NCBI GenBank assembly: GCA_038143535.1
Contig: JAYQMD010000001.1
Location: 326,265 to 390,264, forward strand
DNA: 64,000 nucleotides
Source: Bacteroidota bacterium
Lineage (GTDB): Bacteria > Bacteroidota > Bacteroidia > Flavobacteriales > Flavobacteriaceae
Direction: 5' to 3'
The translations under genes were made by a program, and so were the position numbers. A model generated the notes under the pieces. The model did no database searches. It was not told where the DNA came from and saw only the letters and a list, made by a program, of their open reading frames with translations. Shown piece after piece: positions 48,883 to 58,400 of this stretch; the first letter of the stretch is position 1, and every line of letters begins with the position of its first letter.

Positions 48883-51296
48883 GGCATTTTATAAAACCGC
48901 AGCTCTTTCCTGTTGTTTTGTGTCCCCAAATACACCGCCGATCCCGGAACCGCTTGACCCAACATAGCCCATTTGCGGCCTATTACAGGAAAGCTATCGA
49001 GAAGTTTGGCATCTCGATCAAAGATGTAAATCTTATCGGACTGATTGTCCCAAATAAGGATATAGGTTCTGTTGTTGACCACCTGAATTTGAGGAGGTGC
49101 ATAAACTCCAAAATCCAATTCCACCAACTGATTGTTGATGCTTACTTTGTTTTCAGTAAGCGTGACCAACGTATTGCGATTTGCAGCAATAGTATAGCGT
49201 GTTTCAAAGGGTAGTGCTGTTTTGGTGAGTTTCCCTGTGGTGCTAATTTTAATGAGCCTGTTCTTGTCGTCAATGCTTACAAAACCACTTTGATAGGGAT
49301 AGATGTTTTGCGTTAATTTGACGTCTGTTGGTATTTTTATACGTGTTTTACCGGTGCGGTGCAACAGCTCTCCTTTTCCTGATTTTTGCACAAGTGCAAT
49401 ATAGTCTCGATTGCCAATGCGAATGTGTTTGGCTGGGTATTTTAGTGCACTATTGCATTTGGTTTTGCGCCAACCGCTTACCTTTTTCATCCCTCTGTCA
49501 TACATGCTCAACGCATTGCCGCTACTTAATAAAAGACGGTAGTTGCGTTGCTTGTCGTAGTCAAACACCGCAAGCGTGCTGGAAGAGCCCATCCCTTTTT
49601 TGATGAAGCCCGAAACCGCATTGCCGTTGCGATCTAAAACTTGAAAGCTTTTAGCGGTTGTAAAGGCCAGTTGCAGTCGTTTGTTGCGGTATAAATCCAC
49701 TTGGGTCACGGGGCCTAAAATGGCATCATCAAGTTGTTTTTTCCAAATAATACCGCCATTAGTATCCAACAAATAGAGTTGATTTTCCTCGTCTTGCACC
49801 ACCCATTCCAAGACTTGCGTTTTGTGGTTATGCACGGCATATGGCCCCCAAATCACAGGCTTATCAAACGTTGCCGTGCCTGCCAGTTCAACGGCTTGAG
49901 CTTTTTTGCCTTGATCATTGGGTTTCTGTAGGCTTAATGCCACATAAAACACCTCGCCTTCAACAGTTCCCACATAGTCTGCTTGCCTAAACGCACCTAT
50001 CGCCACATCGCTCAGGGTCGGCACCATTTTTTTTACTTGCGCTCCAAAATAGGCTGGTGCAGACCATCCCCAGAAACTACTACGGCTGGGCAGCGATTTA
50101 ACATAGGTTTTGAAGCGTTCGTTTTGTGTTAAAACATCATCTTTTTTAAGTGCGTAAATCAACGACTCTAATGCAGTCTTGGAAGTTCCCAAATATAGGT
50201 ATTCGTTTAGCAATGTAGCAAAAGCATAGCTGTTTTGCTTTAGTATGGGCGGTAACAGCTTAGCGATGATATGCTCGTTGGAAAAGGCATAAAGCGTTTC
50301 TTGTTCTGTTTTGAACTGCGCCTTGGATTTCTTCGCTAAAGTTTGTTTTATATTGTCGGGTGGCTTGTTTGTTTTAACCAATACCACGGTTTCATTTCCG
50401 AGCTTTAGTTGGGCAAGTCGCTCAGTACCTATCAGCAGCGAGTCTACAGGGGTTTCAGGCAAATTGTGTGCTGCCCTAAAGCGCAGTGCGGCTTTGTTAT
50501 AGGTATCTAAATCAAAACTGAAAGCTTGAACCGTATTAACATTACTAGGTATATGTGCAGCTAAATCTTGCAAGGCACTGTCTTGGTTTTGGAGGAAAGA
50601 AAGGCGAGAGGCACCGCTGGCATCCATCACGCCATAGGCTTGCATATACACCCCGTTGCTATTGACCGTTGGCACAATGGCGGTCCACTTGCTCCACTGC
50701 GACCACGGCACGGGGTTTATATCGTTAAAAAGCGTATTGAAATACGGCGCAATGTCTTGGGATACAAAAAAAGTGTGATCTTCTGTGGCGTTGTCGTAAA
50801 GCTGTTTGAGCTCAACATCAATACTATTAGGAGTGGATCTAAGACGAATGCTACTTTCCAGTAACAATTTGCTGGGCGAGCTAAAGTGTAGGCTGTCCCA
50901 ACTGGCGTAATAGGTCGGCGGATTGGTATTTCTTTTCAACAGGAGCGTTTTGTTGTACTGAAGGGTGTCAAAGGAAACGGTGTCGCTATGAACAGGTTTT
51001 TGTTGGCTTATCAACAGTGGAATAAGTTGGCCTTTCCCTTCAGGGTGAAAGCTCAATTGCCCGGCGGTGTTGGGCGCTATTTGGTTTAATTCTTCGAAGA
51101 ACGCTGGCAATAGCGTTGCTGCTGCCATGGCGGCATCTTGTTGGTTGCTGTAATCATGAAGCGAGTTAAAGGCGCTGCTTTTCAGTACCATCACCGCATT
51201 GTTTGGTAAATACCCCAGTAGTGAGTTGGTTGTGTTTTGTTTGGGTTGACAGCCAATTAAAAGAATGCAGGCAGTAAGCAGCAACAATCGATTCAT
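48879..51296 (-). CDS. large lipoprotein, unknown function (C-terminal beta-propeller-like repeats)
   Basis: Lipobox ACILLIGC. 805 aa. The C-terminal third shows recurring ...LD.NG....GF/GW...-type strands suggestive of a propeller. I cannot name a family. Confidence 0.55.
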   Translation of the reverse strand: MNRLLLLTACILLIGCQPKQNTTNSLLGYLPNNAVMVLKSSAFNSLHDYSNQQDAAMAAATLLPAFFEELNQIAPNTAGQLSFHPEGKGQLIPLLISQQKPVHSDTVSFDTLQYNKTLLLKRNTNPPTYYASWDSLHFSSPSKLLLESSIRLRSTPNSIDVELKQLYDNATEDHTFFVSQDIAPYFNTLFNDINPVPWSQWSKWTAIVPTVNSNGVYMQAYGVMDASGASRLSFLQNQDSALQDLAAHIPSNVNTVQAFSFDLDTYNKAALRFRAAHNLPETPVDSLLIGTERLAQLKLGNETVVLVKTNKPPDNIKQTLAKKSKAQFKTEQETLYAFSNEHIIAKLLPPILKQNSYAFATLLNEYLYLGTSKTALESLIYALKKDDVLTQNERFKTYVKSLPSRSSFWGWSAPAYFGAQVKKMVPTLSDVAIGAFRQADYVGTVEGEVFYVALSLQKPNDQGKKAQAVELAGTATFDKPVIWGPYAVHNHKTQVLEWVVQDEENQLYLLDTNGGIIWKKQLDDAILGPVTQVDLYRNKRLQLAFTTAKSFQVLDRNGNAVSGFIKKGMGSSSTLAVFDYDKQRNYRLLLSSGNALSMYDRGMKKVSGWRKTKCNSALKYPAKHIRIGNRDYIALVQKSGKGELLHRTGKTRIKIPTDVKLTQNIYPYQSGFVSIDDKNRLIKISTTGKLTKTALPFETRYTIAANRNTLVTLTENKVSINNQLVELDFGVYAPPQIQVVNNRTYILIWDNQSDKIYIFDRDAKLLDSFPVIGRKWAMLGQAVPGSAVYLGTQNNRKELRFYKMP

Positions 51297-51305
51297 AATA
51301 CAAAT

Positions 51306-51899
51306 TTATAAATCTAAAGAGAGTTGTGTGGGCAATAATGCAAAAGTTTTACGGTGTATGTCAACAGCTCCATGTATTCGGATGCCATTGCGGTGTTGGG
51401 CGGTTGGGTATCCCTTGTTGGTGTCCCAGCCGTAGTGCGGATGTTTTTGGTGGTATTCGACCATGAGTTCGTCTCTGGTGGTTTTTGCCAGTATGGACGC
51501 AGCCGCTATGTTGCGGTATTTGCCATCGCCCCCAATGATGCAGTGGTGCGGAATGTCATGGTAGGGCTTGAATTTATTGCCATCTACGAGGATGGTGTCG
51601 GGCACGCGCGCCATGGCGTCTATAGCAAGCTGCATGGCCTCTATTGAAGCGTTTAGTATGTTGATTTCGTCAATTCTTTTGGGCGATACGTGCGCAATGC
51701 CATAGGCCAGTGCCACATATTTAATTTCTTCTCTTAGGGCCTGGCGTTGTTTTGCGCTGAGCTTTTTGGAATCGTTGAGTAGTGGGTGGGTATAGGACGC
51801 GGGTAGGATCACAGCAGCTGCGGTTACCGGTCCTGCCAAACAGCCACGCCCGGCTTCATCGGTTCCACACTCTAGGGTTTGGGTAAGCTGTGTTTGCAT
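51306..51899 (-). CDS. rnhB: ribonuclease HII
   Basis: MQTQLTQTLECGTDEAGRGCLAGPVTAAAV carries the DEAGRG catalytic motif. The long upstream ORF extension to 52211 is discarded as spurious. Confidence 0.88.
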   Translation of the reverse strand: MQTQLTQTLECGTDEAGRGCLAGPVTAAAVILPASYTHPLLNDSKKLSAKQRQALREEIKYVALAYGIAHVSPKRIDEINILNASIEAMQLAIDAMARVPDTILVDGNKFKPYHDIPHHCIIGGDGKYRNIAAASILAKTTRDELMVEYHQKHPHYGWDTNKGYPTAQHRNGIRIHGAVDIHRKTFALLPTQLSLDL

Positions 51900-52009
51900 C
51901 CAGGGTCTAAAATACAAAAGAAATGTGAGGGGAGGTTTAGGTGTAGTGTTCAACGCTAATTTTAAAAAAAATCGATTAAAGCCGATGCAACTGTTGTTTT
52001 CGAAATCAA

Positions 52010-52017
52010 TACCTTTG
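52010..52017 (+). promoter_or_regulatory. -7 box TACCTTTG upstream of the porin-like gene
   Basis: Matches TAnnTTTG, 18 nt before ATG 52036. This supports the shorter start. Confidence 0.4.
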
Positions 52018-52035
52018 CTAAAACAGTTAAGCGTG

Positions 52036-53988
52036 ATGAGAATATTTCTTTTCTTGTGTTTTCCTCTCTTTGTTTTGGCGCAAGCCAAACCCCCACGGAC
52101 AGGACCGCAGCTGCCCAAACGCATCAATGAGAAAAAAATTACCCCAAATTCATTTAATGTAAAAGCCTTAGATTCTTTGTCAGTTAATGCAAGTGACGCT
52201 AACATCAGCATTACAGATTACCTTATCATCAGCCAGGCACGGGATACCATCCACGTGGATACCACGCTTACCATGGCCAAATACTACAAGTTCAACAGCC
52301 AGCGTGGAGATAACTTTGCCTATCTGCCACTAAACAATTCCGGCCAAGCCCTAAACCCCTTGTCCTTAGATGTTTGGCATAAAGAAACTGCACCAGTCGT
52401 TGGTTTTAAGGCCAAAGAAAGCCAACGCTTTCTGCCACATCAGTTTGGCTATTACCACGTGCCAACGCCGCTGTCCGAGCTGTTCTTTAAAACCACCCAA
52501 TCGCAAGGGCAATCCACCGATGTGCTTATCACAGCCAACATCCACTCAAGGCTTAACTATGCCATTGGCTACCGCGGACACCGCTCTTTGGGAAAATACC
52601 AGCACCAAATATCGGGGCGCAGCCAGTTGCGCTTTAGCACACGCTATGAAAATCCCAATGGACGGTATCGCTTGCGCTTACAAATCATGAATCAAAAAAT
52701 TTCACAACAAGAAAACGGCGGACTAGATGAAGCCTCCATCCAAGATTTTGAGTCGGGTGACGATGAATTTTTTGACCGCGAACGCCTAGAGGTAAACTTT
52801 GAAAATGCCACCAATAACTTTATTGGGAAACGTTACGTATTGGAACAAGACTATTTGCTACTACGCTCCAATGATTCACTTCAGACGCCTCGTTTGCGTC
52901 TTGGATACCGCATGCAAAGTGATATTCAAGACAATCGCTTTAGTCAAGACGAAGCCTTTGGCGGCTATGGCGATATGGCAGCTAACCGAACCAAGCCCTA
53001 TGACCATGTATATTACAGCCTTCGTCAATTTGATGCCTATACCATACTCACAAGTCCTACCATAGGTTGGTTTTCGGGTCACATACGGCACCATAAATAC
53101 AGCTATAATGAAGAGGAGCAACTTGTTAATCCTTACATAAATGAAGATGCCTACTCCGTGGGTGGAGAATGGCGCAAGCGATTTGGCAGCTTGGATTTTC
53201 GTGCTTCAGCCGAACTCGGCATCAGCGGTGATCGCATTGGGAACTACGTATTTGGGGAAATAAATCAACCGCTGTTTTCGTCTTTTACGCTAGCAGCCGG
53301 TCTGCGTTGGCAGCAACAGCATCCAGGATTTGTGTTTGAGCAATTCACCAGTAGCTATGCCGACTACCAATGGAAAAACACTCCCGAAATAGAGCAGCGT
53401 ACTGCAATTTTTGCGCAACTCTCACACCCCTATTTTGGTAAACTATCAATTACCACGACCCATATCAACAACTACGCCTATTACCTACAGCCAGATGCCG
53501 CTTCACTTGCCGTAACGCCCATGCAGTTGACGCGGGGTATTAATCTATTGCAATTGGATTTGGAAACAGGAGTTAACTGGGGCGTGTTCCGCATGGATAT
53601 GAAACTACGTGGCCAGCAGTTGAGCGACAACAAAGAAGTGATGCCAATGCCTAATTTTATTGGACGTACGGCCTTGTATTATGAAGACCATTGGTTTGAA
53701 AATGCCCTATTCTTAAATCTGGGTGTCAGTGCACGTTATTTCTCCTCCTTTAAAATGCGTGCCTACCACCCCTTGATTTCAGCCTTTGTAGTACAACCAC
53801 ACCAAGAAATGGAAGGTTATCCTATTGTCAATGCATTTTTTAATATGAAAATCAGACAGACCCGCTTGTTCTTTATATTAGAGCACGTTAACGCCAATAG
53901 GAGAGGTGCAAATTATTATGCAGCACCTGGGTATCCCTATCGTGATATGCTGTTTCGTTTTGGATTGGTTTGGAATTTCTTTCAGTAG
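52036..53988 (+). CDS. outer-membrane beta-barrel protein (putative porin family)
   Basis: Signal peptide MRIFLFLCFPLFVLAQA. About 650 aa with alternating amphipathic strands rich in Tyr, Gly and Arg, and an aromatic-rich C-terminus (GLVWNFFQ). Confidence 0.55.
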   Translation: MRIFLFLCFPLFVLAQAKPPRTGPQLPKRINEKKITPNSFNVKALDSLSVNASDANISITDYLIISQARDTIHVDTTLTMAKYYKFNSQRGDNFAYLPLNNSGQALNPLSLDVWHKETAPVVGFKAKESQRFLPHQFGYYHVPTPLSELFFKTTQSQGQSTDVLITANIHSRLNYAIGYRGHRSLGKYQHQISGRSQLRFSTRYENPNGRYRLRLQIMNQKISQQENGGLDEASIQDFESGDDEFFDRERLEVNFENATNNFIGKRYVLEQDYLLLRSNDSLQTPRLRLGYRMQSDIQDNRFSQDEAFGGYGDMAANRTKPYDHVYYSLRQFDAYTILTSPTIGWFSGHIRHHKYSYNEEEQLVNPYINEDAYSVGGEWRKRFGSLDFRASAELGISGDRIGNYVFGEINQPLFSSFTLAAGLRWQQQHPGFVFEQFTSSYADYQWKNTPEIEQRTAIFAQLSHPYFGKLSITTTHINNYAYYLQPDAASLAVTPMQLTRGINLLQLDLETGVNWGVFRMDMKLRGQQLSDNKEVMPMPNFIGRTALYYEDHWFENALFLNLGVSARYFSSFKMRAYHPLISAFVVQPHQEMEGYPIVNAFFNMKIRQTRLFFILEHVNANRRGANYYAAPGYPYRDMLFRFGLVWNFFQ

Positions 53989-53989
53989 C

Positions 53990-55453
53990 CTAGCCGTTTG
54001 GCAAGTCACCACCCTCTTTAATGGGCAATTTGGATGACCCCATCAAAAAGGCATCTACGTGATGGGCAGCTTCACGCCCTTCCGAAATGGCCCAAACAAT
54101 TAGAGATTGCCCACGACGCATATCACCAGCAGTGAAAATATGGGGTACGTTTGTTTGGTATTTTTCATTTCCTTTTACGTTGGAACGCTCATCTTGATCA
54201 AGACCCAAACGCTCGGCGAGCGTGGGCTCAGGCCCAGTGAAGCCTAGCGCCAACAAAGCCAATTCACACGGCCATTCCTTTTCAGAATTAGGCTCTTCGA
54301 TAAGGTGTGGTCTTCCACCATCCTCTTGTTTCTCCCAACGTACGTTCACGGTTTTAAGCCCTTTTAAATGCCCTTTGTCATCAGCAATAAATTCTTTGGT
54401 CATTATGCTCCACTCGCGGTGAATACCCTCTTCGTGTGAAGAAGTGGTCTTCAGCTTAAAGGGCCAAAATGGCCATGGATGATCTTCGGTGCGTGTCTCA
54501 GCCGGCTTGGGCATAATCTCAAAGTTGGTAATGCTAGTCGCACCCTGTCTGTTTGAGGTTCCAATACAATCCGAGCCCGTATCACCACCACCAATAACAA
54601 CTACGTTTTTGTTGCCAGCGTGCAAGGCTTCATTTACTTCTGTTTGGCCGTCTACCCATCGGTTGCTCTTAGGTAAGAAGTCCATGGCTTGTACTACGCC
54701 AGGAAGATCAGCTCCAGGAATGGGCAATCTTCTACGGATTGTAGCACCACCACAAAGCACAACAGCATCAAAAGCGTCTAGATCGGAAACAGGCATGTTT
54801 TTTCCTACCTCAACACCCGTTTCAAACAGGATGCCTTCTTCTTCCAAAATAGCCAAACGTCGGTCGATAACGTTTTTTTCCATCTTAAAATCTGGAATAC
54901 CATAGCGGAGCAATCCGCCTGCTTTTTCGTCGCGTTCAAATACGGTAACCGTATGCCCGGCACGATTGAGCTGTTGGGCTGCAGCAAGTCCTGCGGGCCC
55001 CGAGCCAATAACGGCAACGGTTTTTCCCGTACGGTTTTCCGGTAGAACAGCTTTGATCCATCCTTCTTTAAATCCACGCTCAACAATATACTTTTCAATC
55101 ATCTCAATAGAGACAGGTGGGTTGATGATGCCCAACACACAAGCTGCTTCACACGGAGCAGGGCAGAGTCTCCCCGTAAATTCAGGGAAGTTGTTGGTAG
55201 TGTGTAGAATACGAAGGGCTTTTTCCCATTCGTTTAGGTACACAGCATCGTTAAAATCAGGAATCATATTCCCCAACGGACACCCACTGTGGCAAAACGG
55301 AACACCGCAATCCATGCAGCGTGCGCTTTGCTCTTGTAACGTTTCTTCGCTAGGAGTAACCGTAAACTCCTTGTAATTTTTAACGCGGTCTTGAACAGCT
55401 ATATTCTGTTCGTTGACGCGCTCGTGCTCTATAAATCCTCTTAACTTTCCCAT
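53990..55453 (-). CDS. gltD: glutamate synthase small subunit (NADPH)
   Basis: 487 aa with an N-terminal Fe-S cysteine cluster region (CMDCGVPFCHSGCPLGN) and the dinucleotide motifs VIGSGPAGLAAA and VIGGGDTGSDC. Confidence 0.9.
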   Translation of the reverse strand: MGKLRGFIEHERVNEQNIAVQDRVKNYKEFTVTPSEETLQEQSARCMDCGVPFCHSGCPLGNMIPDFNDAVYLNEWEKALRILHTTNNFPEFTGRLCPAPCEAACVLGIINPPVSIEMIEKYIVERGFKEGWIKAVLPENRTGKTVAVIGSGPAGLAAAQQLNRAGHTVTVFERDEKAGGLLRYGIPDFKMEKNVIDRRLAILEEEGILFETGVEVGKNMPVSDLDAFDAVVLCGGATIRRRLPIPGADLPGVVQAMDFLPKSNRWVDGQTEVNEALHAGNKNVVVIGGGDTGSDCIGTSNRQGATSITNFEIMPKPAETRTEDHPWPFWPFKLKTTSSHEEGIHREWSIMTKEFIADDKGHLKGLKTVNVRWEKQEDGGRPHLIEEPNSEKEWPCELALLALGFTGPEPTLAERLGLDQDERSNVKGNEKYQTNVPHIFTAGDMRRGQSLIVWAISEGREAAHHVDAFLMGSSKLPIKEGGDLPNG

Positions 55454-55455
55454 AA

Positions 55456-58400
55456 TTATGCTTTTTGTTCTTGCGCCATACGTTCAAGAGCTGCTTTATA
55501 ATCGGTAGGCATTACCTTGATAAAGTGCTTTTGAGTTGTTTTCCAATTTTTTAATAGTTCAGATCCCAGTGGGCTACCCGTATACGTAATGTGATTTTGT
55601 ATTAAGTTTTGAACGTGGTCGATGTCTGCATCGCTCAAGTCTTCTAGACCAATCATTTCCATATTGAAGTTGCGATCGTCAAAAATACCGTCTTTGGCAT
55701 AAATATAGGCGATTCCGCCACTCATACCAGCAGCAAAGTTGCGTCCTATCTTACCTAAGATAATGGCTTCACCACCCGTCATGTATTCACAACCGTGGTC
55801 GCCAATGCCTTCAACTACAGCAATGGATCCTGAATTCCGTACACAGAAACGCTCTCCAGCAATTCCGTTGATGTAAGCCTCACCGGCCGTGGCACCATAC
55901 AGCGCTACGTTTCCAATGATGATATTCTCTTCGGGCTTGAAGGTTGCCGTTTCAGGAACTTTGGCTACCAGCCTTGCACCAGACAGTCCTTTTCCAAAAT
56001 AGTCATTGGCGTTTCCAGTTACTTCCATATGAAGTCCTTTGGTTGCAAAACAGCCAAAACTTTGACCCGCAGCTCCTGTAAACAACAGCTTTAGCGTGTT
56101 TGGCGGAAGTCCATCACGTCCGTGCGCTTTTGAAATTTCGTTACTTAAAAGGGCACCAACACTACGATTCGTATTCTTGATGTCAAACGACAGTGTTTGT
56201 GCCTCTTTTTTGATGATGGCTTTCTGTGCTTTTGAAACGATTTCCACATCTAGTACATTGTCTAGCCCGTGGTCTTGTTTGCTCACGTTGCGTAAAGGTA
56301 CGTTCTCTCCAACCTCGGGTTTGTATAGGATAGCTGACAAATCAATGCCTTGTGCTTTATAGTGGTCAATGGCCGTATTCATGTTTAGTTTTTGGCTTTG
56401 GCCAACCATTTCGTCAATAGATCTGAACCCTAGTTCTGCCATGATGGCACGCAATTCTTCTGCAACATAGTGCATAAAGTTGATGACATGCTCAGGCTTT
56501 CCTTTAAAGTTTTTACGCAGTTCTGGGTCTTGTGTGGCTATGCCTACCGGGCAAGTGTTGAGGTGACATGCACGCATCATAATACAACCAGAAGCCACTA
56601 GTGGTGCAGTGGAGAATCCAAATTCTTCTGCACCAAGTAAGCAGGCTACTGCTACGTCGCGTCCTGTTTTCATTTGCCCATCACATTCCATCACGATACG
56701 ACCACGCAGGTCGTTCATCACTAAAGTTTGTTGTGCTTCGGCAATTCCCAATTCCCATGGTAATCCAGCATGTTTAAGCGATGTGAGTGGCGATGCACCC
56801 GTACCCCCATCAAATCCAGAGATCAATACCACATCTGCTTTTGCTTTGGCAACAACAGCAGCAATGGTTCCAACGCCTACTTCAGAAACAAGCTTGACAT
56901 TGACACGCGCCTCTCTATTGGCATTTTTAAGATCATAAATCAATTGCGCCAAGTCCTCAATGGAATAAATATCGTGGTGCGGAGGTGGGGAAATTAAGCC
57001 AACATAAGGCGTTGAATTTCGCACCGATGCTATGTATGGGTTTACTTTTGGACCAGGGAGTTGTCCGCCTTCTCCGGGCTTGGCGCCTTGCGCCATTTTA
57101 ATTTGAATTTCACGTGCGTTGGTCAAGTAGTGCGAGGAAACGCCAAATCGTCCAGAGGCAACTTGCTTGATGGCAGAATTACGCCACTCGCCATCTTCGT
57201 CACGGGTGAAACGTCTTGGATCTTCGCCACCCTCGCCTGAATTGCTTTTTCCGCCAATACGGTTCATGGCTTTTGCCAAGTTTTCGTGTGCTTCTTCACT
57301 AATCGATCCTAAAGACATGGCGCCTGTTTTGAAACGTTTCACGATTTTGGTCCACGGCTCTACTTCCTCAATAGGAATGGGATCCAAATCTGTGAATTCA
57401 AACATACCACGTAAGGTCATCAGTTGCTTGGTTTGGTCGTTAACTAGTTTGGAATATTCCTCAAAGGTGTCATAACTCCCTTTTTTTGTAGCCAGTTGAA
57501 GCTTGGCAATACTGGCGGGGTTCAGCATATGCGCTTCTCCATTACGACGCCAGCGATAGCTTCCGCCAATTTCAAGGTCAACCCCTTCACCAGCTACTTT
57601 TTCGCCAAAGGCAAATTTGTGACGCTTGGTAATTTCTTGCTCAACTTCTTTTAGTCCGATGCCCTCGATACGTGTAGCCGTATTACAGAAATAGGTATCA
57701 ACAAATTTCTTACTCAGTCCAAGCGCTTCAAATATTTGTGCGCCTCTGTAGGAGTGTAGCGTGGAAATACCAATCTTGTTCATGATTTTAACAAGTCCCT
57801 TTGCAATGGCTTTGTTGAAATTGGCAATGGCATTTTCAGCAGATAGTCCTTTGATAGCACCTTTTTCTACTTGGTAGTCAATTATTTCATTAACCATATA
57901 TGGGTTGATGGCACTAGCACCATAGCCAAATAAGGAGGCAAAGTGATGTGGCTCGCGTGGTTCGGCAGATTCGATAATGATGCCGAACTTAGAACGCAAG
58001 TTGTGTTTCATCATGCCGTGGTGAACAAATGCACAGGCCAAAAGCATGGGCATGGGCGCCATGTCTTTGTTAATGCCACGGTCAGAAAGTATGATGATGT
58101 TAGCACCATTCTCAACTTCTTTTACAACGCTTTTTAATAGGTCTTCGAGTGCGCGTTCCAGTCCGTTATTTCCTTCTTTGGCAACGTATACCGGTTTGAC
58201 CGATTTGGATTTAAAGTCATCATGCTCATTAAACTTGATTTTATCAAGGTCTTCGTTAGAGATGATGGGGTTTTGAATGTTTAGTTTTTTCGCGTGAGAC
58301 GGGATGATGTCAAAAATATTCGCATCGCTTCCCACAGACATGGAGGTGTCTGTTACAATTTCTTCACGAATTCCGTCAAGGGGTGGGTTGGTTACCTGTG

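Noticed and set aside
51900-52211. Long N-terminal extension of rnhB (track ORF starts at 52211) and the extension of the porin-like ORF from 51925.
   Set aside because: The extensions overlap each other on opposite strands and have non-protein-like sequence. The RNase HII homology begins at MQTQL (51899). The porin signal peptide begins at 52036, just downstream of a promoter box.
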